Positions 42,069-54,491 of a DNA stretch of 64,000 nucleotides are shown here, in pieces. Position numbers and translations under genes: made by a program. Each line of letters starts with the position of its first letter. Positions within the stretch are counted from its first letter, which is position 1. Under the pieces are notes generated by a model. The model saw only the letters and a list, made by a program, of their open reading frames with translations. It made no database searches and was not told where the DNA came from. The DNA is from Octopus sinensis (taxonomy: Eukaryota), in assembly GCF_006345805.1 (NCBI RefSeq), contig NC_043008.1, positions 41,044,001 to 41,108,000 of the forward strand, in the 5' to 3' direction.

Positions 42069-42205
42069 TGTGTGTATGCGTCTTCTATTTTTTAATTATC
42101 ATAATTCTTCCTGTGTGGTGGGAGCCGGTTTACAACAAAGATACAAGGCTCCATCATTGAGAGTCTTGCATATTTTTACTCACAGATATATGTATGCATG
42201 TATAT

Positions 42206-42248
<43 letters not shown>

Positions 42249-42552
42249 GAGAGAGAAAGGGGAGAGAGAGAGAGGGATAGATAGATAGATAGAAAGATAG
42301 ATAGATAGATAGAAGCATGGATTCAGAGACTAAGCGAAAGAGACCTACAAGGGAACATATTTACATGTACACTCGTATTCAGACTGATACCCGCGCGTGT
42401 TCAAGTGATAAATATTCATACATTGTGTTTTTCACATTCTGAAACGTTATTTAATCTTTTAAAAATATTATCTGGTGAAAAGTATACAAAAAGTTCTTTC
42501 CTTTACTTCCTACATAAAATGTACCAAAACTGTTCTAGAATTGTACGAGAAA

Positions 42553-43058
42553 TCTATATATATAAAACTCTAGTTGTGTGAGTGTCTGTCCCCTTCGATT
42601 TAGATTCCTAACTCCTCCCACATTTTGCGGTGCAGTTTAACCAAATTCGGGTATCTTATAGTCGTGATTCATATCGAGCCCGTCTGACTATTAGCGCGCG
42701 TCAACGATGAGTCTACGATTTTAAAAATAATTTAACATCATTTTTTATTCCATTTTAATGCATAAAATGCATCGTATGTCGATGGCGGCGGAGTTGGCGT
42801 CCACGCTCACAGCTGCACCTGTTTGCTTCTCCGCCTTCCCTCCCTCGTGAAGCTGTGGGGAAGGGAGTGTAAAGAAATCAACGTCGTAATGCGTTGTGAA
42901 GGAAACCAGCGTTCTTTTAGAACAACGACTTCATGGCTTGAAGACACCAAAACAAAAATGGCTAAGAAAGCCCGAATTTATAAGGGAAGTAACTCTCTAA
43001 AAATGCTTATATAGTTATTTCCCTTACAAACCCGAGCAACGCCGGGCGATACTGCTAG
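42553..43058 (+). mobile_element. Non-autonomous Helitron
   Basis: 5' TC after A (42552), 3' hairpin CCCG-AGCAACGC-CGGG (43031-43046), terminal CTAG followed by T, and no TSD. Confidence 0.88.
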
Positions 43059-44042
43059 TTATATATAAATAAATGTACGGAATGTAAAAAAGAAAGTTAA
43101 ATATATGAGAAATCCCGAAGACATAAGAAATAATTGCACTCATCCAATACACACTCTATTTCAATTATTTATTGTGACGTATACAATTCTACCTTGCGTG
43201 GTTCACTAGATTTTTCTCTTTTTTCAATTTATTTATTTTCATGTTTGTGGTTTTTGTGAAGCTACTCTGTAGACTGAAGAATTTCATTAAAGCTCTTTGG
43301 CATTTACTCAACTGTAATAAATCAGATCTAATCATATACATTTCATTAGATGCTAGAAAGTCTACAGCTTAAGAAACTGTTGCCTTTTGATCAATAGATA
43401 AATAATTCATCACCACCTCCGTCTTAATGTTATTAAGGAAACATATTATTGATAAGCTCTTATCTCCTTTAGCCTATATTGTGTGTTTTCTTTTTCGCTC
43501 TGTATTTTTTTTTCGCCATTTTATTAGGTTCTTGCGATTTATTTTTCAATTCTTCGTTTGTTTAGCTTTGCGTTTGGTTTTCGCTTTCCATAGTAAATCT
43601 TAGATTTTTTGCTGAGATTACATACCATGTAAGAACAAAATCTAATATTAAGCTACGAATCCTAATAACAGTATCTGATTAGAAGTATTATATCAACGCT
43701 ACCTTAATGTTTCTATACTATAAATTGTGCAAGGATTTATATTCAAGGAGTCTTGCTTATATTTATCATATAACTTAAAACGTTTGGATTGCAGAGAACA
43801 CAAACATTTATATGTCAGCTGCGTATGAATTATTTCGGACAAAATTCACGAGTACAGTACAGCCATATTCGCGAGCAGGGTTATCATAAAATATCGCCTA
43901 ACTAATCGCTTAAATTTATTGGTTAATGATTAATCCTAGATAGAAGAGGAGTATCGATTAAATGTTCATACTTTTTTAACCTGTACTTTCTTATCTACCA
44001 GAAGGATTTAAAAAAAAAACACATTAGCTCTGTCTGTTAGAA

Positions 44043-44240
44043 AGGTAGTGAGCTGGCTGAAACGTTAGCACGCTACACCATGTCCTTAACGGCGTTTCGT
44101 CCGTCTTTATATTCTAAGTTCGTTTTCCACCAAATCGACTTCGCGTGTCCCCCTATCGGATTAGACGAAATAGGCAATGAAATCAACGCAATCGACTAGA
44201 CTTCTGTCCAAAAATTACAGACCTGTGTCTATAAAAGAAA
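44043..44240 (+). mobile_element. Degenerate SINE family B
   Basis: gtagtgagctggctgaaacgttagcacg head. Confidence 0.65.
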
Positions 44241-44536
44241 GAAATATCTCTATCTGTTAGGTAAGTGACGTATATAAAATCTTGAAGAAGTGTTTTGGCA
44301 CAAGTATATAAGCAGTCGTCGTAAATGTTTTATTTACAATGTAATTGCACTAATAACATTGTAGTCGGCTCGTGTATGACCAGGCTAGTATACGACGTTT
44401 TACTCTACTTTATTAGTAAGGAATATGAGCTGAAGCGAATTCAACTGCTCGTTCTAGCAGGTGAAAACACCACAAAGATTTCATAAATGACTAATCTCGT
44501 TAGAAGACAATACCACTCATTCACACACACACACAC

Positions 44537-44600
<64 letters not shown>

Positions 44601-44850
44601 AATTCACAAGGACCTCGAACCTACAAGAGTAAACAAGAGAGACAGAGACAGGCAGAAACAAGGAAAATGCCACTTGTATTTGAACACTATGCAAATATTC
44701 TTTTAAATTTTCTTTTAAAAAACTTTTCGTTTAATTTTTCTAAAGTTGATTATTTAAGTGTTAAAGTTGAAAAAGTCTCAATGACTGAAACCGGTACTGA
44801 AATGTTTTTTATAAAATTATTTTAGCATTTTCTATCTTGACTTTTTTTCC

Positions 44851-44894
<44 letters not shown>

Positions 44895-45094
44895 GTGTAC
44901 ACACACACACACGCTCACACACACACATACACACACAGACACACTCACATGTGCCTGTATGCATGTGTGTGTATGTGTGTATCTGAATGTATATAAATAA
45001 TCTATCTAGGACTGTGATTTAATCAATAGCATAATATGTAAAATAGTTCGAAGCAAAATTATGAAAATTAGATTCTAATCTTATGCTCACTTTC

Positions 45095-45380
45095 TCACAC
45101 TATGTCCAACAAGCTCTCTGCATCCGACTTCGATTGGAAAATGATCCGCTGTCCAGCCTGACTATGGAAAGCGCGTTTAAAATGTATCCCAATAGTTATA
45201 GGGGCTTTGGGATATATCCCTAAAAATCTGAACAGATGGATTTTGTAGAGCTCAGAAAACAATGTTATGTTATTAGGGACAGCTAGAATATTTAGGAAGG
45301 TTCTTGGCATCTAAGATTACTTTTTCTAGCTCGATGTTAGAATTTTAGAGCTGCATCGGTAGTGAAGTGAAAGCACACTA
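45095..45380 (+). mobile_element. 3' fragment of an R4/Dong-clade retrotransposon (subfamily 1)
   Basis: CIPIVIGALGYIPKNL...LLGTARIFRKVLGI*, then a 3' UTR ending at (TAA)n. Confidence 0.7.
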
Positions 45381-45403
45381 TAATAATAATAATAATAATA
45401 ATG

Positions 45404-45461
<58 letters not shown>
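45381..45461. repeat. (TAA)n target array
   Basis: Seen directly. Confidence 0.95.
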
Positions 45462-47178
45462 GCAATGGATGACTTAAAACTCTATGGTAAAGACAATAAT
45501 GAACTTGAAGGCCTATTGCGCACTGTGAAAGCATTCAGCGATGACATCGGGATGGAGTTTGGGCTTGAGAAGTGTGCCAAGGCCACTTTCCAGAAAGGTA
45601 AAGTGAAGATCACAAATTCAGTCGTGTTAGATGTTGACACAGTCATAAGAGAGCTTGAGCAAGTACAAACATACAAATATTTAGGGATAAATGAAGGCTC
45701 TGGTATTCAGCATGCAAGCATGAAAGAGAAGATCAGGAAGGAATGTTATAGGAGAGATCGTGCAGTCCTGAAATCTGAACTAAATGCACGTAACAAGGTG
45801 TTAGCTATAAATTCCTTAGCAGTTCCAGTTGTTACTTATAGCTACAATGTGTTGAACTGGAATATGAGTGAAGTAAAGAATATAGACAGGGAAATACGCA
45901 AGCTGCTGAGTTGTAATGGGATGCACCACCCAAAAGCAGACGTAGATCGCCTTTACCTTCCCAGAGCCCAAGGAGGTCGAGGCCTGATCCAATTTGAACT
46001 AGCTTACAAAACAACCACAATTGGACTGGCCAAATATCTTGAAATAACGAATGACTGGATGCTAAAGCTCGTGGAAAATCACGAGAGACGAAAGAAGCTT
46101 CATTCTATCATAAAGGAAAGCAAAAAATTTGCTATTGATCTCGTGCAGGATACCCAAACTGAACAACCCGAGGGAAGTACGGCAACTATTGTTGCAAAGA
46201 AGGTGAAAATAATGGCAACGAAAAAAGCACACGAGCAATTGGCTGATAGGTGGGAGGAGAAACCTCTGCACGGCAAATCTGTGGCCCGTAGCAAACAAGC
46301 TGATGTTGACCAGAAGCAAACTCATCAGTGGCTACGGAGCTCAGGGCTAAAAGCAGAGAGCGAAGGTTTCATCCTGGCTGCTCAAGATCAAAGCCTATTA
46401 ACCCGGAACTACCAGATCAAAGTAATGAAAAATGGAGCAGACCCAAAATGCCGATTCTGCAATGACATGATTGAAACAGTGGACAACCTAATCTCTGGAT
46501 GTAAAGTCTTAGCACCAGTGGAGTATAAATTAAGACATGACAGAGTTGGCCAATATCTACACTGGCTAATAAGTCGGCATTACAATATCAAAACTGCCGA
46601 CAAGTGGTATAATCACCACCCTGAAGCTGTAACTGAAGGATAAAACGTAACGATTCTGTGGGACTTTCCAGTACATACAGACCGAACCATCAAAGCCAAT
46701 AAACCAGTTATTGTTGTGAAAGACAAAAACAATAAAGTTTGCTTATTGATCGACATGAGCATCCCCTGTGATCATAATATCTCGGCGTAAGAGTTTGACA
46801 AGCTCAGAAAATATAAAGACCTGCTCATTCAAATTGAGAAAATGTGGCATCTCAAGGCGGTTACAATACCAGTGATCGTAGGAGCACTAGGAATGATCAA
46901 GAAGGGAACCGAAAATTATATGAGAATGATCCCTGGCTTACCATCCCTGCAAGAAGTGCAAATGATTGTCTTAACTGGTACATCACACGTATTGAGAAGA
47001 GCATTGTCGATGTGAGAACTGTTGCTGCTCATGTATTTTAATTTAACTTAAAAAAAAAAAAAATGAACGAACTATTGAGTTTGGTTTAATGGCCTACCAA
47101 TGTATACTATGAGTTTCTTTGCCCTAGGAGTCGGGAAGACGCTCGGCAAGAAATGGAAGCAAATTTGAAAGAAGAAAA
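45462..47178 (+). mobile_element. 5'-truncated R4/Dong-clade non-LTR retrotransposon (RT C-terminus, Zn knuckle, restriction-like endonuclease) inserted in (TAA)n
   Basis: MDDLKLY (RT motif), YKYLG, RLYLPRAQGGRGL, CRFC...LISGC, RHDRV, ILWDF...DRTIKANKP...IDMSIP, IPVIVGALG. One frame from 45465 to 47015 with two premature TAA stops; TAA arrays on both flanks. Confidence 0.93.
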
Positions 47179-47184
47179 ATAATG

Positions 47185-47247
<63 letters not shown>

Positions 47248-47606
47248 TTTTGACACCAGGTCAGCAAGTTCAGCGACAGGGTGTAAGTCGATCTTGGCGG
47301 AATTTTAATTCAGAAAGTAAAGACGGATTAAATATGACTTAGATTTAATCCGGCGTTGTAATGATTCTGTCAGCTCGCTGAATAATAATAACGGTTTCAA
47401 TTTTTCGGCAACACCTCAGCAGATTTTTGAATGCAGGGTTAATTGTTTCCATTAACCACTCGGCCGTTAATTGAAATTTAATATTTTATCGACCCCTAAT
47501 GGACGAAAGGCGAATTGGACGTCGGTAGAATTTGATCACGGAACGGAAAGACGGTCGAATTATTGCTAAGTATATTGTTAGGCATCCTAACAATTCTGCC
47601 AACTCG

Positions 47607-47637
<31 letters not shown>

Positions 47638-47680
47638 TAATAATAATAATAATAATAATATAATAATAATAATAATAATA

Positions 47681-47732
<52 letters not shown>

Positions 47733-47791
47733 TAATAATAATAATAATAATGATAATAATAATAATGGTAATTATAATAATAATAATAATA

Positions 47792-47857
<66 letters not shown>

Positions 47858-47945
47858 TAATAATAATAATGGTAATTATAATATTAATAAAAATAATAAT
47901 AATAATAATAATAATAATGATAATAATAATAATAGTAATAAAAAT
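47179..47945. repeat. (TAA)n arrays with two degenerate minus-strand family B SINEs (about 47270-47385 and 47455-47612)
   Basis: Seen directly. Confidence 0.8.
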
Positions 47946-48989
47946 AATTGCTAAATATGAAATGTAGCATCAGCAATAGCGTAACCAATATTAACATAAA
48001 CAAGACAATCAGCTAAAACAATAAGAACATCCATTAATCAAAGTTTCTTTAAATTTAAAATTTCATGAAATTTAACATTTCTTTTTGTGAGTGTTCTTTT
48101 ATTTAAAAATAGAGATTAACTTATTTTATTAATTAAGATCCCGAGCTAGTTAATTATTATAACAATATAGAAACAACTCCCACCTATGTTAATACCTCAT
48201 TAGTTAGGTTGTCATGGAAATACCGTTTCTATCTTTGGCCTTGCAATCTTAGGATGACTTGTCAATGCAATGCAGCGAATTAATATCATCTAATTTGTTT
48301 TCTCTCCGAAAATTTGTTTCGCTATTGTTACTAAAAAAAATCTTTGTCCGTCTAGACTATTGTTTTACCAATGGCTTCTCTCCTATACAAACGCAACGAC
48401 AAAACAACAGAATTTCCACAGTCGTTCTGTTGTCTGTCTTCTGGAATCATACATTACTTTTTTCAATAATGATTGAAGTTAAGTACCTATAACGCTGCTG
48501 TTGTTGTTTTGGTTTTAGCTTTCCTTTCACGATTTTCAATTAATTTTCTTTGAATAATTTAAACAAAATTTTACATTATTCTCTTCTGCAAATACATAAA
48601 AACATAATGAGCGCGCGTCTGTATACAGAAAATAATTCTAAAGCAAGTCTGCATATTCCTATCACTCAAACATGCCACAAAATGTAACAGGTTAAATATA
48701 TATATATTTTTTTAAAATATACAATCTTTGTTTTGAATGATTACTTATCTGTGAAAGTAAGAGCTTGAGTGATTATTAAAATGTCTTTGAAATCGATCGT
48801 TTTCTTTCTGTTTTTTTTTCTTTGTGTTAATATTGAACTGAAATTCGTTATCTCGTATACCTGATTCAAGGTGTGTACACACATGGGTATAAGCATCCAT
48901 ATTTATATAGACATACACAGACCCACGCATTTATATGAGTGTGAATGTGCAGCTGTAACATGTGTGGGAAATTAGTATACGGAAACAAT

Positions 48990-49009
48990 GTGGAAGCCCC
49001 CACATACGC

Positions 49010-49048
<39 letters not shown>

Positions 49049-49049
49049 T

Positions 49050-49137
<88 letters not shown>

Positions 49138-49215
49138 TATATATACATGTATATACATATATATATACATATATACATACATGCATACATGCATACATAC
49201 CTGAACGTATATATG
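48990..49215. repeat. (TA)n microsatellite
   Basis: Seen directly. Confidence 0.95.
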
Positions 49216-49736
49216 TACGCGCGTCTGTGTTTGCGCTGCAGCCAACATTCCAAACCAGAAGTATTAAAATTAAAAATTATTTCTCACACCGTTTTGCTCG
49301 ATAAAGCCCCCCAAGGTACCATCGAAGCATCATCGCAATTCAATAACTAAAAGAAGGGAGATAAAAAAACGTTTATGGAGTTGATTAAATGGAACCTTTA
49401 CAGCGTTCGAGGCTATATCTTGTTGTATTCCTTATGTTTATATACAATTTGTACATACACAAACTTTAAATATGTGTAAATATATACATACGTACACATA
49501 TATGTGTGTATTCCGCCGAATTTGACTTTGCCCATCATCCTTTCGAAATCGATAACTTAAGTACCAGTTGCATATTGGGGTCGATATAATAGACTGGCCC
49601 CAAATTTTCGGGCTTTGTACCTAAAGTAGAAAAGTATATATGTGTGTGTGTATTGTTATCTTTTTATTTATCTATATATAGATATATTCACATATACAAT
49701 GAGACAGACCTACACACTCATATATTCATACACGCG

Positions 49737-49775
<39 letters not shown>

Positions 49776-50629
49776 GTAAACACACACACTCACACACAAA
49801 CACGCATATGCACAACCGTACAATGGGCAGAATTAAATGTCGTATTACCACTAGCACAATGTTTACGTCATGTATACACACAGACATGTGAATGTGAGGT
49901 AAATATTTGCGCTGTTCACTGAGTACAATGTTACGTCATTGGACCTTCGATATCTAAGAAGACACCTTCGCGTATATCATCCGATTAAGAGGGTTATCAG
50001 AAGCTTAGCAGGAAATTTCTCAAAAACGCTGTAAACAGGATAATGTAAACAGTCGCCTTGACATAGAATGACAGATACATAGGCTTTTATTTCAACTGGA
50101 AATTCTAAAATTGTACCTCATATGTTTTGGAATTTTATATTCCTTGCGAGAGAAACAGGAGTAAACTTGTTTATAGTTTAATCATGTCAGCCGGTGGCTT
50201 GTTACAAAGCGATGACTTATATTGTTTCGTCTTTCCGGTTGCGTTTCATTCAGAAGTTTGAATTTATTGAACAAATTTGTCAAACCAAAACGAATCATGG
50301 TGTATACCCCTGTCGCTAAAGGAATGGGAACCGACTTTAGCAGTTTAGAATGTTTAATTGTTACGTAACATTTTTGCCAAGTAACGAGCAACTTAGATTA
50401 CACAGTTACTGAAAGTATCTCTAGTCTATGTGCACCTTTACACTATCTATAACAAAATATTCGTGAATGATTTTTTTGTAACAAATATCTTTTAACTTTT
50501 TGTTTCTGTTTATTTTTATTTTCTTTCTTGAGAGTTCTAAATCAAATTTCTGACGATGAGCAACCAATAGTCCCATTGTTTTATCGCTGATGACCTGGTA
50601 TGATATTAATATATTTAAATAAATGCGCC

Positions 50630-50860
50630 CTTTTAAAGACTAGCCAGGCTCATGGGCCCGGTTTCCCGGTTTCTTTGGCGTATGTGTTCCCCAGCTGGAC
50701 GGGACGCCAGTCCATCGCAGCGTTACCCATTTTTGCCAGCTGAGTGGACTGGAGCAACCTGAAATGAAGTGTTTTGCTCAAGAACACAACGCATGGGCCG
50801 GTCCAGGAATCGAAACCACAATCTTACGATCATGACACCCTAACCACTAATCCACGCGCC
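50630..50860 (-). mobile_element. SINE with family C head and a V-domain-like 3' module
   Basis: Reverse complement: gcgcgtggattagtggttaggg...gttgctccagtccactcagctggcaaaaatgg...ctgcgatggactggcgtcccgtccag. Confidence 0.8.
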
Positions 50861-52288
50861 TCTACAATATGACATTGATATAGACTCTATTATGAGATAA
50901 AGGCAATGGGTGGTACAGAGATGGTCTGTGTACTGTTTCGCAAATGAACACCGGAAACCGAGCATCAGTTTACACATTCATTGATTACAATATAACACCA
51001 CTTTCACGAAGTAAATGAAAATAGCCTCATAGTCGCATTTCTTTTGACATCAATGCATACAAAAAGAAATCTGCTTTATCATGCGATACAAAATTTTCCG
51101 ATAAAATTCACTTCATTTGTACTTAGTAAAGGAATTTATCTTTCTACAACATCATGCCTTAATCAGTTTCAGTGTTTATTAATCATGGTCATTATTTAAT
51201 GTAATTTTCAAGCATCATTGTGCATGTTCGTTATCGTTTAATGCTAATTAACTGCACCCACTTAATCTTGCATCTTTATCAGAAATAATTCAAATCTTTC
51301 ATCATCAGTATTGGTTTTACACCGTATCTTGCTAAGCCAGATTAAATTGAATATCGCGTTATGCAAAAACACTTTCTTTCTGTATCACTCGCATATATCT
51401 TTCTTTATATCCATCTCTCATGCTATATTTCGTTGTAGGCTCTCCAGGTTTCAGTTTTATAGAAAAGCGTAAGTATTATTTATTAATAAGCGCGGTCGCA
51501 AGAAACATTGCCAAAATATTAAACACAAAAGTTATTTGTAAGCACCATAACCATTTAATTATTAAGCACGATTAATGAATTACGAAGAACAGAACAAGAT
51601 AGTAGCCACACCAGTTCTATATCAAAGAGCAATTTCGATATAGACAGCGGAAGACAAAATTATACAGCAATGGACACCTTATTATTTCAATGTTCACACT
51701 GCATTGTTATCGTAAATTGTCAATCGGTAATGCTACGAGCCTCGCTATTTAGAATGTCCTCTTTCCGCCAGGCATATTGATTCTCGTCTATAACCACTAA
51801 TATGTGTTATAAAATTAATACAATACAACGGAAAATTATAAGGACTATAATTTATAATGTGCTGTATCGCAATGTCTATATATAACACTTGCTGTTTAAC
51901 TTACAGCAAGTCATCACGAAACCATGAGCCTGACTCATCAACATGCTAGGTAAAACGCCTACGTATCTCTCGCATCTCATCCCCCGTTTGATATTCAATA
52001 TATAGTGCTTCCATAAGATCACCTACAAGAAACACCAGCCCTAACGTTTCGAATTGGATTAACACTTCCGTCACGATTCGACAATAGATCTTGCCTTGAT
52101 TATGCAGCTGGTATGATATAACCATTATTCAACTGTATTGCTGACAGACGATAAAACTAAATATATAGAATAAATATCTCAGCGATTATATTTATTTGTG
52201 TTTACATGTGTAACAGTGTACATGCGTACGCGCGTGTGTACGTGTGTGCATGTACGTATACATAAGGATACTATGCGTATATTATATA

Positions 52289-52320
<32 letters not shown>

Positions 52321-52321
52321 A

Positions 52322-52366
<45 letters not shown>

Positions 52367-52483
52367 CAACTATATATATATATATTATATAATATTATTA
52401 GAGACAAAACCACTATTTTGCAAAACAAACAAGGAAAGACTTAATCAATACATAAATTTAATAATAGTAATAAACAAAAACCG

Positions 52484-52526
52484 CCACTACAATTGTTTCT
52501 TGTCTTGATCGACAATCTTCAGGTGG
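52484..52526 (-). ncRNA. Minimal type I hammerhead ribozyme in the inverted pLTR
   Basis: Exact reverse complement of the same motif. Confidence 0.88.
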
Positions 52527-54216
52527 ACTTCCAATCTAAAATATCAATATTTTAAAATATAAATATAATTTTAAAATAATTAAAGTATGAATGAAAAAAT
52601 ATAAATATATAATCCATATATAACCTATATATAATCCATATATAATCAATATATAAACAATATAAATAAAATAAACCTATCAACAATTAAATATAAAATA
52701 TAAAATATAAAATATAAAATATAAAACAAAACAAAAAATAATAATAATATAATAATAAACTATATATACACCCATACACATATACCTAATTATATATAAC
52801 CATATCTAACTACATACACTAAATCACACCCCTATATATATATCCCTATACATACACATAAAAACGTCTAGGCAACTATAAATAAATAAAATAGCTAAAT
52901 ACTTCAACACAATACTTATTCATACTCCCACACACACACACATACAACCCACATTCACGCTCTAGAAAACGGACATCACTTAAAATTATGAACGGAGAAA
53001 TGGAATAAATGGAATTAAAAATTATATTCACTTGGTAAAACGAACACTACTTAAAAATTATGAATGAAACAATGCAATAAAACAACAGACATCGCAAATA
53101 GACACAAATTACTACGAATTCCTTAACAAACCTACCATGATAAACCAAAACTCATAAAAACATATAATGATAAAATCTCCCTTTACTAAACTCTATAACA
53201 TACCTATATAGCAATCCCCCTAACCTAAACATTCACACACAAATACACACACGTAACCACACACCCACGACATATACAAATACCCACACCACTTACACAT
53301 ACCTATACATACATATAAACCTCAACATATACTCCAAAAACCCACTCAACCCCACACAGACAAATAAACACAAAAAAATTATGAATGGATTCTTTTTAAA
53401 ACTACCATGATAAGCTAAAACTCACAAAACATAAATGATAAAACCTCCCTTTACTAACACTATAACATACTTATATAGCAATCCCTTTAAACTATACATT
53501 CACACACAAATACACACACGTAAACCACACAACCATAACAAATACAAACACCCACCCCACTCACACACACCCACAAGTACATATAAGCCTCAACATATAC
53601 ACCAAACAAAATTACTTTACCAAGGAACTTAAGTAATTTGTGTCTATTTGCGATGTCTGTTGTTTTATTGCATTGTTTCATTCATAATTTTTAAGTAGTG
53701 TTCGTTTTACCAAGTGAATATAATTTTTAATTCCATTTATTCCATTTCTCCGTTCATAATTTTAAGTGATGTCCGTTTTCTAGAGCGTGAATGTGGGTTG
53801 TATGTGTGTGTGTGTGGGAGTATGAATAAGTATTGTGTTGAAGTATTTAGCTATTTTATTTATTTATAGTTGCCTAGACGTTTTTATGTGTATGTATAGG
53901 GATATATAGGGGTGTGATTTAGTGTATGTAGTTAGATATGGTTATATATAATTAGGTATATGTGTATGGGTGTATATATAGTTTATTATATATTATTATT
54001 TTTTTGTTTTGTTTTATATTTTATATTTTATATTTTATATTTTATATTTAATTGTTGATAGGTTTATTTTAGTTTATATATTGTTTATATATTGATTATA
54101 TATGGATTATATATAGGTTATATATGGATTATATATTTATATTTTTTCATTCATACTTTAATTATTTTAAAATTATTATTTTTATATTTTAAAATATGAT
54201 ATTTTAGATTGGAAGT

Positions 54217-54259
54217 CCACCTGAAGATTGTCGATCAAGACAAGAAACAATTGTAGTGG
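54217..54259 (+). ncRNA. Minimal type I hammerhead ribozyme in the 5' pLTR
   Basis: CCAC-CTGAAGA-TTGTC(GATCAA)GACAA-GAAA-CAATTG-TA-GTGG. Confidence 0.88.
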
Positions 54260-54491
54260 TGGTTTTTTTGACTATTTATTAAAATTTTATGTATTGATTA
54301 AGTCTTTCCTTGTTTGTTTTGCAAAATAGTGGTTTTGTCTCTAATAATATTTTATAATATTTTACTATAAAATTGGATTTAATCCTAAATCTGATTTTGT
54401 CCTGTAAATTTGGATTTATTCCCTAATATTTATTATTTATATAATATTGATAATTTTGTATATTGAGTGTAATACCTCAATTTCGTAAATT

